DNA of 64,000 bases from Batkoa obscura (taxonomy: Eukaryota). The notes beneath the pieces were generated by a model. It was not told the origin of the DNA, did not search any database, and saw only the letters and a program-made list of their open reading frames with translations. The stretch lies in the NCBI GenBank assembly GCA_030770535.1, contig JASVEC010000014.1:682001-746000 (forward strand). Reading direction: 5' to 3'. Shown piece by piece: positions 38,319 through 52,037 of the stretch (the stretch's first letter is position 1; each line of letters begins with the position of its first letter). A program made the translations under genes and the position numbers.

Positions 38319-39419
38319 TTAGTTAATTAACTTGTTTTAAAAACATCTTCATTTTAAGATAAGATTCAGGTGGTGACAGTAGTGAATTACTACAGTAAAA
38401 ACACTTGTTTTGTGGTAAAGAAATCTTACTACTACAATCAATAGCTTTATTAGTTAAAAATAGATACAATGACTAGATTATTTACAAGCTTTTTTTTAGA
38501 GTGCCATATCTTACGGATTGTAACTCTCATTAAGGTAAATATTCCAATCAAAAAAACTAAGTTGATTTTTTTAGACTATGATGATAATAGGCTCAATTTT
38601 AGTTTGACTAATAGAGGAGGTTGTAGTTAAATATCATCCATTATTTCTAATTTGGAACTGTTTTTTTTACCATAAAATCAAGTAATTTTCATCATTGAAT
38701 TGCATATTAAAAAAAGCCATTTGCAAATTAAAAACAATGAGTGACATCTAACTGCAACCTGCTCTGAGATCAGATAAAATCATTAAAGTTGGCTTTTTTG
38801 ATTAATATTTTGTAATACATGGGCCAAAGCTCACACCTGGTTATATAAATGAAAAGACAATGATCTGTGGATATATGGCACTTCAATTTTTTGCACATTT
38901 TTAGACTAAAGCTTAGCTAATTCATTTTTAGTTTGTTTTTTCAACAAAGTTTAAATTTATGGTTGGCTTTAAAATTGACTTAAAAAGTGATCAAAATAAT
39001 AGAGCAAAAGGCCACACTTCAAATTTGAAATAGTATAAATTTAAAAAATAATAGCTGGGTTCTTAAATAAGTTAACATTTCCTAGCATTTTAAAAAACTA
39101 TGAAACATAATGTGTCTATTTAATGTATATTTTTCTAAAACATATATAGATTTTTTATTTATTATAAGTTTAATTTTATTCAAAATATCTCAGTTGTGGC
39201 ATTTCTTAGAAAAATTATTAACTTTCTCTTTAAATATCATAGTATAGGTTGTCAAGAAGATCCTAAGTTAGATAAACACAATTTACTAAAAATTCAAAAA
39301 ATTAATCGTTTTATAAAATATTTAACTAATTAAAAAAGGGTAATAATCAATGAGTATAAATACCTTAGTTCTATAATAAAACAATTTAACTTTTTTTATT
39401 TAACTTTAGATTTTGTTCC

Positions 39420-40670
39420 ATGCCTCGTTTTAGTACAAAATGTCTTTTTTTACTGGGTTTTACACTGTTGTGTTTAGCTTTTTATTCTTATATGAATAAT
39501 GTTTATGATTTAGACTTTGATCAAATTAAGTTATCTCAATTAAAGATTCAAGGTCTAAATGAAGCTGGATTAAAAATTTCTAATAACTTATTAAATCCAG
39601 GTAGCCTATTAGGATCCCAATCTAAAGACAATAAGCTCAACGTTACAACCTCTGAACAAGCCAATGGTTGTTTTGTAGTCTTAATGAGAAACAGTGATGT
39701 TCAAGACTTTCGAAAAACAATGCAACAATTAGAAGATCGATTTAATAAGAATTTTAATTACCCTTATGTGTTTTTAAATGAAGTACCTTTTACTGAGGAA
39801 GTTAAAACTTATTTGAAAGCACAAACAAAAGCTAAAGTTGAGTTTGGTTTAATCCCAAAAGAACACTGGGAAATACCAAGATTTCTAAATGAATCAGCAG
39901 TCTTAAAAAGTTTAAAAGAACAGGAAAAACAACAAGTTCCTTATGCGGGAAAATTGAGTTATCATCATATGTGCCGGTAAGTTTATTTCCCTAATTTTTT
40001 TACAAAAATATTAATCTTAGCTTGTAGGTATGAGTCTGGTCTATTTAGTCAACATGAACTATTAGCTAAATACGATTACTATTGGCGAGTAGAGCCAGAA
40101 GTTGAATTTACCTGTGATATTATTGAAGATCCATTTTTATATATGCATAAAAATAATAAAAAGTATGGATTTACTATAACAATGTCTGAATTTATGGAAT
40201 CAATACCAACTTTATGGAAAACAGTTAATAAATGGATTGAAACTAACAATATTCAACTACCAAAAGAAAACGCTAAAGAATGGCTTTTGGATCATAAAGG
40301 GGATTATAATGGATATCATTTTTGGTCGAATTTTGAAATCGGGTCGTTAAATATGTTACGTAGTCCCGAATATCGAAGCTATTTTAATTATTTGGATAAA
40401 AATGGCGGTTTTTACTTTGAACGTTGGGGAGATGCACCTGTTCATTCTATTTTTGTGGCTTTAATGTTAAAAAGAGAAGAAATTCATTTTTTTAAGAATA
40501 TTGGTTATAAACATGATTTATATGAAAATTGTCCATTTGATTTAAACAAAAATTTGGAACTTAAATGCTATTGTAAACCAGAAGAGACTGTCAATTATCG
40601 TTCCGGAACTACCCTGCCATTGTTGAAGTTGATTGGCGACCCTGCTTTCGAGGAATTGAGAAGTCATTGA
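39420..40670 (+). CDS. GT15 KRE2/KTR-family mannosyltransferase, copy 3 (2 exons)
   Basis: Same GT15 motifs; intron 39977-40027. Confidence 0.95.
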
Positions 40671-41359
40671 TATGTATAATTTATAACAATTTGTCTTTTG
40701 TTTTTTTTTGAGATGAAATATATTGTGTTTTTAATTATTAGAATTATCAATTCGCTTTGTGACTCAAGCTAATCGATTTTTTTACGTTTATTGTAACCAA
40801 TTTTTAAATAAATGCTAGATATTTTAGACAATTTGAAATCTCGATTTAAATATAAGGTGAAAAATACAGTGAGGAGCTCTTTTTTTATAAATTCAAGAAC
40901 AACCTTCGCTGTTTGTTAGTTCTAAAACGTGAAGCTATAGACTAAGACGGCATGAAAAGGAACAAAGGGATCCTTAAATATCGAAAGAATAGCTGATGCG
41001 ATGGAACAAAAAAGGAAGTATTAAGGAGCTGATAAACTCGATACGTAGGGAAAAGGATTTGGCCGTTTTACAATCAATAATAATAAAAATTCTTTCACGA
41101 TTAATTGTTTTTAAGCTAAATATAAGAAAGATAGGACAGTAAAGGAAGGGTTAAAGGCCATTTTAGTGTAAAATGCTATAATAGTCAGAAAGATAGAGCC
41201 AATCACGGTGAAGAGGTATGAGAAGCTCTTTTATCTTTTTTTGCATTTAAGGCTTACTACTTGCTATGTTTATTAAGTTTTATGATCTTGAAAACAATAG
41301 TTAACAAAGGTTTTTTAAATACTCATCTATTATATCAAAAGTCAAAAGCTATAATAATA

Positions 41360-41459
41360 TGGGGATGTATTTTTGTATTTAAGAATTTTACTGACAATTT
41401 TTCCACATAAATAGTGCTTAAAAAATGGAAAAATAATGAAACTAAAAAAAACAGCCCCA
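41360..41459 (+). mobile_element. MITE family A copy
   Basis: TA|TGGGGATGTA...ACAGCCCCA|TA. Confidence 0.88.
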
Positions 41460-42112
41460 TATACTATTTAATATCTCTTTTATTGAGCTAATAGTAAATC
41501 GCTTTTTTCAGATAATTCACGTTATTTTCCGAAATGTTCGACACAAAAAAACATAATTATTGACTATACTATTTTTGATTATTGTTTAAAATTTTTTAAA
41601 AAAACGGTATAAATAAACTTTTTGAAAACTTATTTAAATCAACAAAATTATTAAAAGTATAACTATACATTTAAATGATTAGAAGTATAGTTTGTTTTAC
41701 ATATATGTTAACTGTGATACTATATTCATATAAATCAAATAAATAAAGGTAAAAGTATTATAATTTTATCAATGTTATTTAATTTTGATAAAGCCAAAAC
41801 CAAAGCATATAAGTTATTTTGACGAAGAGTGTATAATGAATTCAATTTTCTAAGAAATACCCAAAAATCTTTATTAGAGTGGCAATGATGTTTATCACTC
41901 TCTTAAAGGAGCTATAAATAATTGTTTTATTGCTTAATATACATCTTATATACCTATATCAGTACATTAAATGACTAAGTCGTCCATAGAAGCCTGGCTG
42001 TGGGTTTAAGATAGAATCCAATCTTTTTCTATCACTGGTAAAATCAGTAAAAAGAAATGAAATTCTTTTTGTTGTTATTCTCTAGAGAGAGCCCCTCTGA
42101 ATGAAAAAGAGA

Positions 42113-42383
42113 TAGAAATGTTTTTTACCAATTGCCCTTTTTTAACTTTTAAAATTTAGAAATTAGTTAACTAATACAGTTGTCCAAATTTGGATATGTA
42201 CTAGCTAAATGCTCATTTTATAAAAAATCAAGTATGAAGCAACAAATTAGCATAATAATGCAAATAGCTAATTATGGCATTTATCACTGGTCAGTGCATA
42301 TTGAACTTAGACAACTAGATTAACTGATTAGTTTAAATTTAAAAAAGCAATAAGAAAGGGTAATTGGTAAAAAAACATTCCCA
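42113..42383. mobile_element. Putative ~270-bp MITE (family C) with ~30-bp TIRs
   Basis: AATGTTTTTTACCAATTGCCCTTT ... AAAGGGTAATTGGTAAAAAAACATTCCCA. Confidence 0.6.
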
Positions 42384-42484
42384 AATGGTACTAAAAGTTG
42401 GGGATAGAATGGACGTCGGCCTAAAGTAAATTGGTATAAAACTTTTGCGGAAAGTTTATAGCCTATTCAAAATGATAAAAGATA

Positions 42485-42583
42485 TGGGGATGTATTTTTG
42501 TGTTTAAGGATTTTACTAACAATTTTTCCGCTAAATAGGGCTTAAAAATGGAAAAAATAATGAAGTCAAAAAAAACACTCTCA
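42485..42583 (+). mobile_element. MITE family A copy
   Basis: TA|TGGGGATGTA...ACACTCTCA|TA. Confidence 0.88.
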
Positions 42584-42679
42584 TATAATCAGTTAATATG
42601 CTAGAAAGTGAATTGAGAACAGCGGAAAAAGTAGCTAGAAGAGAGAGATAGGCAGTATAAATTTAAATAAAACAAGACA

Positions 42680-42780
42680 TGGAGACATATTTTTATCTTT
42701 AAGAATTTTACTAATAACTTTTCCACTCAAATAGCACTTAAAAGATGGAAAAAGTAATGAAGCCAAAAAACACCCTCACA
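42680..42780 (+). mobile_element. MITE family A copy
   Basis: CCACTCAAATAGCACTTAAAAGATGG core. Confidence 0.85.
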
Positions 42781-42906
42781 TATAAAAGCTATAGAAAAAT
42801 AAAAATATATGTATTAGAACAACTATTTAATAAGTTCAAAATAGCTTAATTGTATTAACTATAGCACATATAGCTGGGCAGAGCAGTTGAATAAAAAATT
42901 ATAAAT

Positions 42907-44582
42907 TTAATGCGATACTACTTTTACAGTAGTAAGAGGGATATGCTTGATGAACAAAGAACATAAAAAGCCTATAGCAGAGAAAGGAATTAGAGAAAGG
43001 AACATAGTACGATAAGCAGTTAAATATGCTTGGATGGCTAAAGCATATTGGTCTGGAGGTAGAGAACGTAAATACCCCAATGATTCAATAATTAAGCTAG
43101 GATTAATTTCAGGTAGCAACCCTTTCAAGTTTTCAACTAATATATTATTGAATATACTTCCTTGTATAGCCAATCCAAATACTCCACCTATTGTTATCGA
43201 AAAGTTCACAAATGCTGTCATGATGGCTACGTCTAAAAAAATATTTAATAAATAATTTTTACAGATAAAATACAGATTGGGTTACGTTCTTCCTTAACTG
43301 CAACTTGAGCACCAACTATACATGTCTGGATGCATAGACCAATACCGATACCGGTTATTAAAGGGTAAAGTATCTCTTCGAACCTTAACATGTCAATAGA
43401 TAACCTTGCCATCAATGAGTTTCCAATAATTAAAAGCATCATACCTGACCAAATGAATGGTCGATAAACTTTAAACCTAGTAACCAATAAACCAGATAGA
43501 GCAGCAAACCCACAGTCACCAACTAAGATAGGCAATGTTTCGATGCCTGCAATGATGGCCGAAGAAGAACGAACTGTTTGGTGGTATAATGGCCAATAAT
43601 ACATATAAACTACCATTGAAAAGCCGAGCATAAGTCCACATAAATTTAGTAAGATGGCGTTCAGTGTAAACATTTTACTTGGTATAACAGGTTCAATGGC
43701 ATATTTTTTTTCAATTAAAACAAATAAAGCCAATACAATCAATCCAAGTATTAAACAAACTATCACTTGAGGAGATGACCAAGGGTACTCTTTTCCGCCC
43801 CAATTAAGTCCTAATACTAGCAGTATTATACCAATGACTAAAGTTAGTGTACCAAATATATCTATCCTTTTCAATGTGTCCTTTATATTATCTTCAGTCT
43901 TATGATTTGGTAGTATAAATATAATTAATGCAACAGCCACCACTACAATTGGTATATTTATATAAAAAATCCATCTCCAATTAACATAATCTACGAATAC
44001 ACCACCTAATAATGGACCAATGACATAGGATAGAGCAAAAGTACCACTAAGTAAACTTAGATAAATGCTTCTATCTTCAATTGGAATAATATCTATAACA
44101 AAAAATATAAGATAAACTACTAATTTCAATATAAATCAAAAGTTACCGGAAACTATAATAAAAGTCAAAGCCATCAATCCACCAGCTGAAATACCAGATA
44201 ATCCACGAAAAACAATTAAAACTAATAAGTTAGTAGCAGTACCGCAAACAATGGAGCCTACCAAAAACAATGCTAAACTAAATAGCAAACAATATTTACG
44301 ACCAAACAAATCTGAAAATTTGCCATATAATGGTTGGAATGCTGTCATTGTTAATAAGTATGCTACGGCTATCCAAGTCACTTCACCACCGCTATTGAAT
44401 TCCTTTGTTATGGCTCCTAGCGCAGTAGCTACAATAGTTTCATCTATGGCAGCTATCAGAATCGATAGGATCAAAGAGACTAATATTAAAACAATTTTCG
44501 ATTTACTCAAAGCAGGACTAGCATTGTTAATTCCTACTAAATTATCTGATATATCGAGTTCAGATTTTAATGTATCTGTCAT
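42907..44582 (-). CDS. MFS drug:H+ antiporter (DHA2-type), copy 2 (3 exons)
   Basis: Paralog of 27407..29085 with the same motifs and exon layout. Confidence 0.93.
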
Positions 44583-45547
44583 ATTTAGAATTACTTTTAT
44601 GTATTTTTTTATTGAGGTTTTAGGGCATATTTATAGTTTTTGATATTCTTGATTTATTCTCCGTATTCGTTAAGATTCTCAGATTTCTTGTCAAACTTTT
44701 TAAGCTAAAACTATCCAAATAGCTGATATTTCGGCTATTTCCATTATAAAATTTGGAAAATGATTGGCTTTTTAGATTAAAATTTGCGTGTTTTTTTTTA
44801 AATGTAATTTTATTATTTCTCGGCTACTAGTTTTAAAAATGCATATAAACTAAAATCAAGACTTTTATCCGAGGGCTGCGCAATTTTTTATCTTTGAAAG
44901 GTTGAAACCTAAGCGTTTTCTTGGTTGTAATGAAAAATTAAATACTAGTCATTCAACTTGATTGGAAGGAAGCAAGTAGAGTTTAATTGGTTCCTACTCT
45001 TAGTAGACATATAGAAGCAGATGCAGTTTCCCTTTAACCTTTAGAATGCTACACTGAGAAATAAGTAAGATAGAATCAAAAGTGGGTCGTTAGACCTAGT
45101 TGAGCTAAAAGATTTACACATATTTGAAGTAGACACATTTGCTTGTTTTATATTCCTTACAACAGCTATGAGGAAAAACAATTAAAGGGGTAGTACGATA
45201 GATTTAATATAAAAGAAAGGTTAATATTCATTGTTGAATTTTAGATAAAATACTAAATAAACTACTTTCATACTAACCAGATTACTAATAAACAGGCTGG
45301 TTTCTATTTATATATATAAAATGATGAGCAAAGGCATCTAGAATTTTATTTATTCTTTTGATTATCAAACTATACCATTGTTTAATCTATAAGTCATGAT
45401 TTTTAAAATGCCTCAAAATACTATTCTAAGGCTTTGAATCTATAAATATACTATGTATAGCTTCTCTAACTAACTTTATTTAGAAAATGTCAAATACTAA
45501 AAACTCCAAGTACATGTATGATATATAAGATGAAAAACGATTTTTAA

Positions 45548-47790
45548 TTATTTGCTACTTTTCTTACTTCTTTTAGGAACTTGATAATCAGATTTTCCAT
45601 TTTTAAAATTAGCTGCAAGCTTAAGCGATCTGCCTAAATTATCTTCTGGAAGAACTTTATAAATCCTGACCATCCAATTATCTGAAGTATAGGCTTCCTC
45701 CATTGTGTGTAACTTAATCTCATGAGATCCAATATAAGACCCACGCACATGGTCCTTAGCTCTTCCTCCATAAATTTCATTGTACTTATAATATGACAAT
45801 TTGTACATCAAAGAATTCTTCATTGCGTCACTAGCACTATCATCCACAGCATACTGCCCTGCCTTATTAAAAAACGCTTTCTCATCCACATGATCTGGAT
45901 AAACACCTTGGGCAATACGCACCATCCAAAGGAACTTATTAATATCATCTCCCGAATAATTAATCAAGCCACCAAAAATAATAAGAACATAATCAACATC
46001 ATGGCGTTGTAGAATCTCGTATGCATCATCTTCATTGGATGCAAGCACTCTACCAACCGTAGCAATGTGAGTGTTGTTCCAAGTGTTATTATCTACAATA
46101 ACTGTACGGTCAGACATACCTGCAATTTGATAACCATAATCCCACCATGCTAAGATCTTGGCATCATCTTTGGTATTTTTGCGAAGCCAGTAATATGCTT
46201 CACGGAAATCATCAATAATATGGCGCTCTCCTTTAGAGTTTTGAGAGGCTAATACAATTGATGGTGATGAATAGGAGCTAGAGGTTACCCAAGTACAGTG
46301 GAAAACAAAAAGAATACACATTCCTAACAAAGTGAGTGGTGTAAGTATCTTTACTTCCGGTCTTGAAATTTTGTTATTTGTTGAATTGGAGACTGAATCT
46401 TTCTTTGATTCTTCATTAGATGATGACTGTTCAATCTCAACTGTTGCATTTGAGCTATTACTCCAGAGTAAATAACTATCTAATATCTTAGTGATAGAAA
46501 TAGCTGAAGCAATACATACCAATGGGGTCAAAGTAAGAATCAATCGCACCATAACGCCAGCAAAATAAGAAGCAGTTAGGGCATAAATAACAATAAACAC
46601 ATGTTCATCTCTCATTTCCTGCATTAAAAAGTAAATACCGGCTGGGAAAAACAACATTAAGATATGCATATCAAAAAACATGGAAGACCAAGCTGTTGGT
46701 TGATGCTCAGAAACCGAAGCAATAATTGGTATGTATTTCTTAGCATAGCTAGTATCCCAAAGAGAATACAAACGACCAGTCCATGGTGCAATTACACCAG
46801 CATAAGTAAGACCAACCATACCGATAAATGCACCTCCAAATACTAGTATTACTCCCCAAATCACAAAAGATTTAAATTGCTCTTCTTTTAAATGGGAACG
46901 TATAAAATATGCGAAAGCAACTAACTGTAATAAACCAAAGATACCTAAAAAAAATTAATCATTATAAACTAAAAACATAAAATCATTTTACCTAAAGCTG
47001 CCATATGTTCTGAAGTCTTAGTAGGTTGGAAGCCAATAAAGGGAACTTGCATCGAAGCAAGCGTACCGATAGCATAAAAAGTAGAATAAGCCACATAAAG
47101 TCTATTAGAGTACCTACCCATAAGGATCAAAGCAAAGGCATGAAGTGGGATCATATTAATAATGTAAACATAACCACCCCAGGCGGACACCATATAAAAA
47201 TAGAATAATGCAGCCATACCAGCCCAAGAAGCAGAGCCGAGTTTTAAGGCTTTGATCCATAGATAGAAGGTAAATACCAGTAAAAAGATAGCAATACCTT
47301 CGTTATCATAAGAACCTGCTACTGAACGGGAAATGAAACCTGGTGCGATTCCAAGGAAGATAGCAGCGAACAAACCAGCAGTATCGTCCTTCATCTCTTT
47401 TGTAAGAAGATAAGCAGAAATGGCAGTAAAGCCCGAAAAAAATGGAGCAAAAAAAACGCAAACGTTTCTAATATCCATGGGTATATTTAAAAAGTGAAGA
47501 ACTTTATGAATCAAAGCAGCGGTAAGCATTAAACCTGGATAAACAGTACCCCCAACCACTCTGCCCAAAGGATACCATGAACGGTCATCAAACCAGTTTA
47601 CAAAGTCATAAAACCCTTTTTCTACTATCCTTTGAGTTGTCCTATAGTTGAACCATGGATCAAATTCGTGAATGACTGATTCATAACGTATTACTGAAAA
47701 TAAACGGGTGGAAAAAGAAACCAAAAAAATCAAAGTTAAAACAACGATCTTTATTATGTTCGTTTCATTTTTAGAACCTAGACCTAACAT
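45548..47790 (-). CDS. STT3: Oligosaccharyltransferase catalytic subunit STT3 (2 exons)
   Basis: [62 protein letters not shown]; intron about 46945-46991. Confidence 0.98.
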
Positions 47791-48630
47791 GTTGTATTTT
47801 ATTCGTTTTATTTACCTAATGTTAATTAAATAAATAAGTTGATGTTATAGGTAAGTTTTAAATGTTTTATTATAACAATAAGAGTATGTAATTTTAAAAG
47901 TAAAAATCAAAATTTTTGGAAGATATTTTAAATTTTAATTGGCTAATACTCTATCAATCAGGTATCTGCAGATGATTGGGTAAAATACTAAAGCTGGATG
48001 ATGCTGTAGTTCAGGTTAAAATTAGAATCTATCAAATACCAACCTAAAATAATGCTAGAGATATAGTAAACTGTTTGCTATTTTCTTTTGAGTTTAAATG
48101 AAGGAAAAAGCCTTACTCCTTATCTAATAATTGGATCACTATATAAATTATTTATATTCATATATTATAATTTTCACTACCATTGATGAAAGCAAAAGTT
48201 AAATCTTGCAATTAATTTATAAAGTAGATAAAGGCAACAATTGATTTTATGAATGTATCCGATATATAGCTTCATTATTATTAAGCGTCTTGGATTTTTT
48301 AAATTGTGTTATTTTTTCGTATATAAATATGATAATGATATAAAAGTGAAGTGTAAACTTGATTTCAGTTAAGAATTTTAGTTTATAATATTAATAATGA
48401 ATAGTCATACCGAAAATGTACCAAAAATCGGGTGATGAATATTAAAACGTTTAATAGATATAGGGTAGTAGTATCGAAATAGGTTTATAGAAATTCTAAA
48501 TTCACAGTAAAACGGTAAATAGAATATTATTATAAGGAGTTTTAAATCAATACTTCATTATTGTTGATGGTAATATGATAGCCTTTCATCAGATTTAACT
48601 CTATCGTCTTATTTGATAGTAATTTCAATT

Positions 48631-50450
48631 TCATCTACATAATGATCGATTTAGCCAGTTATTACCACTAACACTCAAATATCTGATTCTATCTAAACCC
48701 TCGTTAAATATACCGTCTAGTCTATAAGCGGTATTTCCATAATCAATATTTATGTTACTAGAAAATTGGCTTGATCTGTTTACTGCTCTTTCATCAATGA
48801 CAATTTCTTGTCCATATCCTGTTTTTGGCAATTTTAATACTAGATCATTAACAAGAGTATTAATAGTAGTAGAAAGGATATATATTTGTCAAAACAAAAT
48901 AAAATAATAGTTATACTATGGACTACAATTCAGCATATTACTAAAAAGGATACGACTGAAAAAATATAGGGTGTAACTTTGTCCTCTTCATCATAAATTT
49001 TAAGCTCCCTAATAGCAACAATAGCATAAAATATACCCCCTACGCTAATTGATCTGAATCAGCCACTGAAGATGATCTCATAGCATATTCTTAATACTGG
49101 TTCGAAAGATTTAGCTAAAAGGAAAGCGGTGGTACGACGGGTAGCATAAGGAGAACGCCTGTAATGATTAAGCGTCATGGCTCAATACCAATCTTGGGTA
49201 AAGAACATTTGACCTGTAGGATGATAGTATTAAAATAAATGAAAAAAGTAAAATCAATCATCAAATCAATCATGTCCTGTAGAAAGATTCTTTAATTTCT
49301 TTACAAAACCGGGAGTTCCAGTCAAACACATTCCCACCAATAAAACAAAAGAGCAAGTCATCTGACCCAAAATGCTAATAAAGGGCCTTTATTAACGTAG
49401 CTATTGGCTTTAGTGTATTTCAATAATGTACATATAGTACAACCAGCTACTGAACCAACTATGATTGATAATCCAAACTAGTTTTCAATAGCTAATCTTA
49501 TGATTTGATAATACATGGAAAGATACTTAAGGAAATATAGGGAAACCCTAAACCTAAAAATAAATGCTAAATTATGTTTATATCCTTGGCCTTTTTTTTA
49601 CCATCATTGACACCACTAAAAAAAGTAGTCATGCATCCATAGTGTACAGTGATAGATTCACCTTTCAGCTGATAATAAGTCTCTTACATAACTTGATATG
49701 TGTATTTCTGCGAATCTCCCTCTAACAATAAATTAACTAAAATCTTTTAAAATTATAGTTTAGCATGAATGCTACTTTATGTTTTTACTGGATCTGTAGG
49801 TGTAACACAAGCTTCAACAACAGAGAATTTCAACCAATAAACAAGAGTTTGTTCAAAAAGTTGTTTCACAAGTAGATACTTGCATAAGATAAAGGCAAAA
49901 AGGCATAGATTAAAGTACTAGACGTTACCCAGGAAGAAAACATGATTGGTACTGACAATATTGATGAAGGTTTGATTTCCAACTTTAGATATTTTACATT
50001 GAAAACTAATATGCAAATCAGGTTTTTTAAAGAAATATGAAACCAATTGTCTAAGGTATACGCCAGCGGCCATAACTTAATAATGATTATTAATTCCTAC
50101 TTAAAGTAACAATAATTACAATACCTGAATAGCAATTATGAATATAGATAATTACAAAGTAAGTGTTTCATGGTTTGACCAAAGAAAAGGATTAATAAAA
50201 TTAAGTACCTTTAGACCAACTATAACACCAAATACAAATAGAAATAGAAATACAGTCGCTGAGTGAGTTAAATGTCTTAATGATGTTTTTAGTATAACAC
50301 CTGTATGAAATTTTGACATTAAATTAGATATTTACAAGCTTCTGAAAAAATAGCCTTTTTTTTGACAATTAAGAATATTAAATCAAATAAAGAACAAAGC
50401 CTCCGAGCAAAGCAGGAACTCTATGATATGTCTAAGTACAAGAGATACAT
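48631..50450 (-). pseudogene. NHA1: Nha1-type (CPA1) Na+/K+:H+ antiporter pseudogene
   Basis: Minus-strand blocks in order: ALLGGF, KKRLFFSEA, VMAAGV, ACVTPTDPV, RGRFAEIH..VRDLLSAES|GVNDG, GSDDLLFCFIGGNVFDW, EP*RL, SG*FRSISVGGIFYA, IVVHSITI; many stops and frameshifts. Confidence 0.85.
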
Positions 50451-51033
50451 TTGGATATAATTAAAAGACAAAAGTTCAAATTCTACAAGAACTGAACTTT
50501 ATAAATGTTAAACTTTGCTTTAAACTTAAAAGAAATTAAATGGTGACACTTAATTGTTTGGTCCTTGTTTCCCCAAAATTGATAGAAAACGATTAAAAAT
50601 TAAAGTCTATTTTGAGCTGAGATTATTATAGCATTATAATTATCTTAATAAAACAATAAACAATAGTTGATTTAGTCAAAGATCAATGATTTTGTTGATT
50701 TTTTATGACACTAATCAATTTGGGGATGTTTATAGTCAGAGAAAAGGATTTTAGAATATTCTAAAATGGGTTAATATTAGATTATTTTCAATCTTTTTGG
50801 AACAATAAAATAGAATCTTTATTAAACATCTGGGGTTAAATAATTAAATATTTAGATGTTTTTAAATTCAATAGTTTTAAAGCTATTGCGAAAATTTGCC
50901 TAAAACTATTTAAACTGTAAAGTTTTATAGCATTACATCTAACTACTAAAAGTAGGATTTAAATCTTTATTGCTAATATTAATTCTATTTTTCACCAATA
51001 ATCTTTTTAGAAGCCTAATATTTTATACAGCAT

Positions 51034-51073
51034 ATGGAAATATTTTTTTGATTTCACTACTTTTTCCATTTTG
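51034..51073 (-). mobile_element. MITE family A terminal fragment
   Basis: TA|TGGAAATATTTTTTTGATTTCACTACTTTTTCCATTTT. Confidence 0.55.
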
Positions 51074-51935
51074 TAAAATAATTTATGTTTTTATAAATGC
51101 CGGTTATTTTCTAGAAAATGTAAGATTTAGAGTTAATGCTAATATTGTAAGGAATTATTATTGTTGTGAAATATCGCTTTGTCAGCTTTATGATTGACTA
51201 TAACATAACAAACACTTAAGTCGTTATGCTCTTGAGTTCAGGCACAATCGACCCCAAGCTTTTATTTTTGATTTGCTATGAGGATTTCTGCCATATAATT
51301 CCGAAGAACATTATCTCTCCATATTGATATCCATACTTGTTGGGGTATAAAGGAGATTTTGAATATAATAATTCGAAGCTTTTTAATTGAATTATTCCCT
51401 GATATCTTGTATCTTTAATAATGTCACTAAATTTTCTTAATAGTATTTTACGTAGATTTTATAGTAGTGTTGTCTATTATATTTGCCTTACATAGTTCGC
51501 AACCTATTATGTACTATTCTTCATAATTCAAGTTTATCTTAGTTACATAAACTAAGATCTTTCAACTTACGACTAATCAATCAAGCAAAAGCTGCTTTTG
51601 ACTCCAACCACTAAGTATCGGATTTCACAAACAAGGCTAGGTTTAATAAATTTAGATCACTACTATAAACAAGCTATGTCAGTATTAGATTTTGGTGTTA
51701 TATTTAAAAAATGATAAAGCAATAGGCAAAGTTTATTTTGATTATTTGTTTGAAACATTAAATCATGAGTCAGTATATTCAGGAGGTTGTTTAATTAGTT
51801 TAATGCCTAAAGAGATTTTATTTAAAAAGTTTACAAAAATTAATATACGGGCAAATACAGGAAACTATTCTAAATCCCAAGAGTTTTTACATTATATATT
51901 TAAAGAAATTCATAAAGTAAATAATAGTTTAGATA

Positions 51936-52037
51936 TGGTGATGTTTTTTCTAGCTTCATCATTTTTTCTATTTTTTAAGTGCTATTTGAGCGGAAAGATT
52001 GTTAGTAAAATTCTTAAACCAAAAAATACATCCCACG
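51936..52037 (-). mobile_element. MITE family A copy inside transposase remnant
   Basis: TA(51934-35) and TA(52038-39) flanks; removal restores frame. Confidence 0.9.
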
